Virus record (IMG/VR): IMGVR_UViG_3300010391_001807
Reading direction: 5' to 3' (one strand)
Length of the DNA: 64,000 nucleotides
Origin: an uncultured virus (IMG/VR IMGVR_UViG_3300010391_001807)
Taxonomy: Duplodnaviria > Heunggongvirae > Uroviricota > Caudoviricetes
Under the pieces are notes generated by a model that was given only the letters and a program-made list of their open reading frames with translations, was not told the origin of the DNA and did no database searches. Both the position numbers and the translations under genes were made by a program. Positions 59,401 to 64,000 of the stretch are shown here, piece after piece (within the stretch, counting starts at the first letter, position 1; every line of letters starts with the position of its first letter).

Positions 59401-59999
59401 GGGTCTAAAATGCTAATTCCTGACCAAGATGCTCCAGCATGGTCGCATTCCTCACCACCCTCTGTCATTCCCTGTCCTTTACATTTTGGACAGTCAATTT
59501 CCATCATGACAAAAGCATCACCCATACCGAAATATTCTCTCAAAATCTTGGGCAAAGAAGATTCTAAGTCAATTTTTCTGATCATGTTCTCAAAATATTC
59601 TTTGACCGCTGCATTAGGACAATCTAATTCGAAATGATTCATAGGAAAGTCCGAGAAAAAATCTATGGCCATGGCAATGCGTCCTTCATTTGCTATCCAG
59701 TAACTGCACCACTTGTAGACTTCAGTGCGGTTAGTAGGGATTTGCCATGCAGACGGGGTGTGTTGTGGCTGATAAAAACCTGGAGGGGTTTGAGTAATCC
59801 CCTGTGATTGACTCGTGACTGTTCTACCCCTAGATGCTCTACGGGTATTATCGTAAAAAGACGAATTAACAAAAACAGGAGTTCCTCCTGCCGTGTTCAT
59901 AGCTGGTATGTCGGGTTCTGTGTAAGAAGAGGCAAAATAACTTGCTCCCCTAATATTATTCCCCAATAATCTTCTTGGGGTTCCGGTGCGTTGCAGCAT
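56469..59999 (-). CDS. Portal protein with intein and C-terminal DUF559/Vsr-like domain
   Basis: AIDFFSDFP, REYFGMGDAF, HHFKH...YGVPLIRRLF...PIKIVKIG and ILSGEGPTYSNAQV portal motifs; located upstream of the protease. Confidence 0.85.
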   Translation of the reverse strand: MLQRTGTPRRLLGNNIRGASYFASSYTEPDIPAMNTAGGTPVFVNSSFYDNTRRASRGRTVTSQSQGITQTPPGFYQPQHTPSAWQIPTNRTEVYKWCSYWIANEGRIAMAIDFFSDFPMNHFELDCPNAAVKEYFENMIRKIDLESSLPKILREYFGMGDAFVMMEIDCPKCKGQGMTEGGEECDHAGASWSGISILDPLTVEVIPVPLSPEAARIYLTPNNELKKLVQDNKPKDVVARIPEHLKKLVRSNQKIPLDPLTIHHFKHGAPPYATYGVPLIRRLFPTLAYKDKLRQAQWIVAERHIVPIKIVKIGSDNRPASQQDIDDLQARLAEIANDPIATLVTYHDFEYDYVGACYSSDTEVLTKNGFKKYTDVLEDDNIACYNPENNKLEYYKYEEKYIYDYNSETYGPMINIHGKHYDSLVTPNHMLWIKKRKWNKEENRYDFKWMKVRADEIQEFDKVLSSVDWAGSLLDHYPYTNIDILKDIQLNDFIRFIGYYIAEGSQQRSSKENKLNGTTYIYQKENNNSYYKILSNIEKCFKNKYKTSINNEKVRNFKIHDIKLSRYLVNEFGIKSYGKKIPQWMLNLPQSQLSILLDALMDGDGDIVTCNNKSKNRYSTTSKELADNVQEILIKLGYNPKVSMETIRKTNKTDTPLPIYRIYWPETKQETREIRSRNISKESYNDIVWCLQVPTGLFITKRNGKIGIHGNSGKVLQLTNEVEQIENEMVDGLGLTKAILSGEGPTYSNAQVAVEIVIKRLESVRNLIANWLEEKVFKPVAEFNGFTHKNRRGETEYIYPTVRWDDLKLRDNSQKLQFMWQARTNGDLSARTFIEEGLGLDMDNEIENMRLEEMSEMFASPNLGLGVGTGDVAGGGYGGGGPVMPPAMGGGMPEGGDMGGMPPVAEGGMPGGAMGGAPGGAPGGAPAAATANALSENYRTVVAASQHIGNMVRTAGTTETMNVFLPDMNRIVDGNGARGELPEEADAIALLDITPTWGAPGYPLSYLYASNANVYDKIITKHYKTAGLMGTPDPKQKDKNIGYKPPVTSIEAKLYQAVMSQNYPLKFFMQYLVNGNHQFRVDGAFPDIKVAVEADGETWHIDDDKVQKDRYRDTQLASQGWLVLRFTEGEIEEKMQDVVKVITNAINQKSQPINRTIAQEEPEMTKQGATSPKQAQ
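57867..58931 (-). mobile_element. Intein with LAGLIDADG homing endonuclease (355 aa)
   Basis: Begins A|CYSSDTEVLT; block B VTPNH; FIGYYIAEGS and LLDALMDGDG; ends GIHGN|S; much more AT-rich than the exteins. Confidence 0.93.
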
Positions 60000-60028
60000 T
60001 GTGAAATCTCCCTCTTAGAATTAAATGC

Positions 60029-60379
60029 CTAAACAGAGACCCCTGCCCCCGGATTTTGAATTCGGTAATCTTCATATCTATTTGGATTATCTAATCCTCC
60101 TGGACCAGAAGGGTGTTGATCTAAAATAGCACTTGGAGTATTTCTGCCGATATTCTGTGACATAGGGAAGCCGAAGTATCCATTGGTATGTAAGTTTCTT
60201 AATTTCATTTCCAAAGTTGTTTTCTCTGGAGGAGGGGACATCTTACTTTTCTGTGTTACTTCAGCGATCTGTTGTTCTGCTTCAGGCTCAGTCGCAATCT
60301 CATTGTTAGTTTTTACCAATGGAGGTAGTATGCCTCCACCGATACCTATAATTTTATTAAAAGCAGAAGTATACCACAT
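60029..60379 (-). CDS. Small hypothetical protein with MWY leader
   Basis: 116 aa starting MWYTSAFNK. Confidence 0.65.
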   Translation of the reverse strand: MWYTSAFNKIIGIGGGILPPLVKTNNEIATEPEAEQQIAEVTQKSKMSPPPEKTTLEMKLRNLHTNGYFGFPMSQNIGRNTPSAILDQHPSGPGGLDNPNRYEDYRIQNPGAGVSV

Positions 60380-60381
60380 TA

Positions 60382-62169
60382 TTATTCCCCTGTAGGTCTA
60401 ATAGAATCTTTTCTAGGATAAGCTTGTTCCAATAATTCATCCATCAACTTATCTGTGTCAAACTTGAAGCTTTCCCTGAATTCTAATAATCTTTTTTCTA
60501 CATTGGCATCTACTTCTTTGCCTTTATCTTTTTTATTATACAGTCTAGCTTCAGTATTTGAATCTACTTCATCTTTTTTATTAATTCCTCTCAATTTTGC
60601 CTCGGTGTTCTGGTCATAGCCAGTTTCGTGGCGATGAATGTCCTTAGAAGTTAAAACTTCATCTAATAATGATTCATAATTCAGCATTTTGCCAGGAGCC
60701 CCAGAGGTTGTTTTCTTGGAGGTTTTTAAATTATCCCACTCTCTGCCTCGAATATCAGCCTCTTCCATTCTTAGTTCGGTGCCCTTCATATATCCTCGTG
60801 GTGCCCACGCTCGTTTCCCATCGGGTAATCTTAAATTCATGTCTTCATTATTAGGATTTTTCTGTACATCCAGTTTATCCATTACCTTGGCATGACTATC
60901 GGCCACGTTTTCTAACCAATAAGCATATCGACAGAGAACACTACCATCTGTTTCAGTTTTCCCTTCGATGCAGTCTCTGCCACAAAAGGTCCAGGAAACA
61001 GGGATATCTGTTCTGTTAAATGTTTTATATTTTGGACACATGTTATACCCGTGATTTACCCCACCGTCTCCTCTCGTCTCATAGAAAGCTTTCTTTAACA
61101 TGGTTTTTTGTGGTAATAAACTATGATAAGCATATTTTAATCTTTCTGAAAGGTTCTCAAAGAATTCTGCGGTTTCGCTATAACAAGTTAGGTCTGAAAT
61201 TAAACCACTAATCACTTTTTTGGTCTTTTTATCTAAGGTAGTGGCATATTTCTCTGGGTTAAGATAACGAATTACTTCAGACACAACTAATTCATTAACA
61301 TGGTTTGGATTATCAGCACATTTGACTAGTAAGTCAAAAGCCTCTTTGGTATTATAAATATATGTATCGCTGCTAGCAGAAGCAAATCTCTTCTGGATTT
61401 GGCTCATGGCTGCAATGGTTTCACCAACATCATGGGAAACATCTTCTAAATTCTCTTCACAACCATTACATCCTTCTGGCAAAGCATTATGTGGTTTATC
61501 ACCCAGATTGATGACTTTCTCATCAACGTGCATTGGGCCGTCTCCCTCTTTCTTTCCAGTCATCATTGTAATTTTGCCCCTGATACCATCTAATTTCCCT
61601 TTATGCTCAGGGGATAGGACCACACCAGACAGTGGAAGACTATCTAAAATATTAGAATTCATCATTTTATTCATTAAGGACATTACACCAGAATTACCTT
61701 CTTCATGAGAAGATGTAAGATCAGCGACTAGAAGACTCAGGATGTCCTGAATTTTCTTGAGATGATCAGCAATATTGAACCCAAATGTGTCTTCAGATTC
61801 CTCTAGCCCCTCTGGTTCCTCATCTCTGCCCTCATCACCCTCATCACCCTCATCACCCTCATCACCCTCGTCACCCTCGTCACCCTCATCATCCTCGTCA
61901 TCCTCGTCGTAATCCTCTTCGAATTCACCTTCTGGTTCTTCGAGTTCTTCAACTTCCTCAGATTCATCATGAGGCCCTTCTAATTCTTCCGATCCAGATT
62001 CTTCATCATGAGACTCCATGCTCTTTTGAAGGTTAAACTTAGGAGTTTCTTCCTCCAATTTATGTTTAGGAGCAAAACTTTTCATTTCTTCTGATGTATA
62101 AAATCTTGGATTTGTTTTTTTCTCAAGATGTTCTACTCTTTCTAACTGTGGTTTGCTAAACAATGGCAT
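60382..62169 (-). CDS. Acidic head-associated hypothetical protein with Cys cluster
   Basis: ~595 aa; GDE repeats; CPK...FCGRDCIE...CRY; NTEAKL/NTEARL repeats. Confidence 0.6.
   Translation of the reverse strand: MPLFSKPQLERVEHLEKKTNPRFYTSEEMKSFAPKHKLEEETPKFNLQKSMESHDEESGSEELEGPHDESEEVEELEEPEGEFEEDYDEDDEDDEGDEGDEGDEGDEGDEGDEGRDEEPEGLEESEDTFGFNIADHLKKIQDILSLLVADLTSSHEEGNSGVMSLMNKMMNSNILDSLPLSGVVLSPEHKGKLDGIRGKITMMTGKKEGDGPMHVDEKVINLGDKPHNALPEGCNGCEENLEDVSHDVGETIAAMSQIQKRFASASSDTYIYNTKEAFDLLVKCADNPNHVNELVVSEVIRYLNPEKYATTLDKKTKKVISGLISDLTCYSETAEFFENLSERLKYAYHSLLPQKTMLKKAFYETRGDGGVNHGYNMCPKYKTFNRTDIPVSWTFCGRDCIEGKTETDGSVLCRYAYWLENVADSHAKVMDKLDVQKNPNNEDMNLRLPDGKRAWAPRGYMKGTELRMEEADIRGREWDNLKTSKKTTSGAPGKMLNYESLLDEVLTSKDIHRHETGYDQNTEAKLRGINKKDEVDSNTEARLYNKKDKGKEVDANVEKRLLEFRESFKFDTDKLMDELLEQAYPRKDSIRPTGE
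61828..61910. repeat. 9-bp coding tandem repeat (GDE)n
   Basis: (ccctcatca/ccctcgtca)n. Confidence 0.85.
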
Positions 62170-62183
62170 TTTTTGCACCTACC

Positions 62184-63383
62184 TTATACTTCAGAAGTTT
62201 TTACTGCTGAAGCCTTTCCCTGCACGGCCTTGGTTAAGAGATCTAAATACTCTTTGTTGTAATTTCTTCTTGTCAGTTCGGCCTTAACCATATTGAAATC
62301 TTTTTGTAATGTACCAGCCTCTATTGTTTTATTGCCAGGGTTATTTTCATTATATAATCCGGCCTCAAAGTCTTTGGAGCCAGTTAAATATGCAAGACGA
62401 CTGATTAATTCCATGGTAGACATTAATTTGATATCTCTGTCAATATCATAGATGGATTTCCGATTCTTAAAACCGTCAATTTTCATGGGTTTAGAAGTAT
62501 CTTTAGCCTGTGCATATTTAGCCAAGTTAAAACTAGATGATTTCTTATCCATTTTTTCTTCACTCCGTTTCTTTTCTTCTTTACGCCCCATGTTTTTCAC
62601 AATGGAAACTGCTTTCTCAATGGTTTCGGCCTTCCACTGGTTCTTTTCTTGACGCAAAATCTTTCTCACAATTTCTCGCCGACTCATTCCGTGGTCTGAC
62701 ATTTTCCGAGCGAGGCCTAGTAATACTTTAAAAGGGTTCCCTTTCTTTCGTTTTTTGGTGGGATCCTCTTTTGCTTTCTCGTTGAATTCCTCACTGGTAG
62801 TTGAGGGAACTGACGTTGCCTTGGCCGCAGTTGCGACTCCACGGGTCCCTGGTGCAACTGCAGGGGCTCCAGTGGCAACTGCAGGAACTCCAGTTGCTCC
62901 TTCACTATCTTGATGTCTGGCCTTTGCCTCATTAATCAATAATTCTGGGCTCCATTCCTCACCAGCCATTTGAGCAATTGATTCAGCCAATTCAATCAAA
63001 GACTGTTCTTTTTCGCCAGTTGCGGGGTTAACGGAAACCTTACGAGGATCTTCATCAGCCCTTCGGCTTAAAGCCATGACGCTTGTTACTAAACCATCAT
63101 TACTAGCAAATTCTGGAGGGATGTCAGCCGTAGCGGCCTGCTTGGCTAAACTGCGGATCAATTCTTCATCTCCAGAACCAACGGCAGATTCATATACAAT
63201 ATCACCAATTATATCTCTCAGTGGTATTTTAGCATTATTACTATCCATAGGTTGGCCAGTATTATCTGTTAATTGAACCCCTGGCCCCATATCACTCCCG
63301 GTTGGTAAATTAATGACTGTTTCTCCATTAGGCAAAGCGATAGCTACTTTTTTTTCATATTGACTAAGATTAAATTTTATCAT
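62184..63383 (-). CDS. Hypothetical head-associated protein
   Basis: 399 aa; FNLSQYEKKVA leader; KKRKKGNPFKVLLG. Confidence 0.6.
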   Translation of the reverse strand: MIKFNLSQYEKKVAIALPNGETVINLPTGSDMGPGVQLTDNTGQPMDSNNAKIPLRDIIGDIVYESAVGSGDEELIRSLAKQAATADIPPEFASNDGLVTSVMALSRRADEDPRKVSVNPATGEKEQSLIELAESIAQMAGEEWSPELLINEAKARHQDSEGATGVPAVATGAPAVAPGTRGVATAAKATSVPSTTSEEFNEKAKEDPTKKRKKGNPFKVLLGLARKMSDHGMSRREIVRKILRQEKNQWKAETIEKAVSIVKNMGRKEEKKRSEEKMDKKSSSFNLAKYAQAKDTSKPMKIDGFKNRKSIYDIDRDIKLMSTMELISRLAYLTGSKDFEAGLYNENNPGNKTIEAGTLQKDFNMVKAELTRRNYNKEYLDLLTKAVQGKASAVKTSEV

Positions 63384-63391
63384 TCTTTATC

Positions 63392-64000
63392 CTATTTATT
63401 TAACAAATCAGATAATTTGTTCATCAATTTACTACTTTCCATTTTCTTTTGCACAGATTGAGAGCGAATGGTTTCCTGATTAAACATTTGAGAGGTTCGC
63501 TCTTCTTTTGTTGCTGTGGGGCGACTAATTGACTTATGCCGTGTTTTCATAGCTTCTATCATTTCTTGTTTGCGTTGTTCTCGGGCAGCAGCATTGTCAT
63601 AATTCATCTGACCAAAGGCAGAATCGGTAACATTTTCAGTTGCTGTGCGGAAAATACTGCCACGAGACTGACTGGCAGAAATGGCTTCGTCATTGCGGCC
63701 TTTGAGGCGGGCCTGTGCCCAGGCATTGGCCTCTTCATCCCATCCTTGAGATGCTTCCATTTTCAAAACTTCTCGCCCTTTGGCAGCTTCTTCTGCCATG
63801 ACGTGTCCCTGCATGTCTTCCATTAACATTTCTTCAATAACTGCTGTAGGGTCATCATACATATGGAACCCCATTGCTGTTCGAGGATCATATGTGGATT
63901 CGTCGCCAGGCTCTGCATCCATGGCACGGCGAATTGACCGACCATGCATATCATAGCCAGTATATTTTTGTTCATTAAAATCATCTACATCAGTAGGTGA
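63392..64000 (-). CDS. Partial hypothetical protein (runs off window end)
   Basis: The frame of the 185-aa track ORF stays open up to position 64000. Confidence 0.6.
   Translation of the reverse strand, partial: SPTDVDDFNEQKYTGYDMHGRSIRRAMDAEPGDESTYDPRTAMGFHMYDDPTAVIEEMLMEDMQGHVMAEEAAKGREVLKMEASQGWDEEANAWAQARLKGRNDEAISASQSRGSIFRTATENVTDSAFGQMNYDNAAAREQRKQEMIEAMKTRHKSISRPTATKEERTSQMFNQETIRSQSVQKKMESSKLMNKLSDLLNK

Noticed and set aside
1..64000. Stop-codon reassignment, tRNA or rRNA genes
   Set aside because: Long ORFs tile the window under the standard code, with TAG and TAA ending genes at sensible junctions; no cloverleaf or rRNA-like segment was recognised in the short intergenic gaps

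Overview
This window is the virion-morphogenesis region of a large tailed dsDNA phage. It is AT-rich, uses the standard genetic code, and almost all genes lie on the minus strand. Read right to left it carries head-associated proteins, a portal (with a LAGLIDADG intein and a C-terminal DUF559/Vsr-like nuclease domain), a ~1400-aa prohead protease, a scaffold-like protein, a decoration protein and a short HK97-type major capsid protein. An accessory block follows, then neck/adaptor genes, two tail-tube paralogs and large baseplate/fibre proteins with NHL and RCC1 repeats. The main unusual observations are: (i) an operon with a volactin-like actin, a membrane-anchored partner and two further partners; (ii) a shared N-terminal MWYxxA peptide on 2H and HD nucleotide phosphoesterases, plus pervasive K/R-x-A putative maturation sites, suggesting a capsid cargo-addressing system; (iii) diverged or truncated copies of the phage's own capsid protein and terminase ATPase, the latter fused to an RHH domain and flanked by twin palindromic operators; (iv) an 11-copy promoter motif G(C/A)AGG-N19-NAAW; and (v) a decayed tnpB element hidden in an intergenic gap. 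All family calls come from reading motifs by eye; no database search was run.
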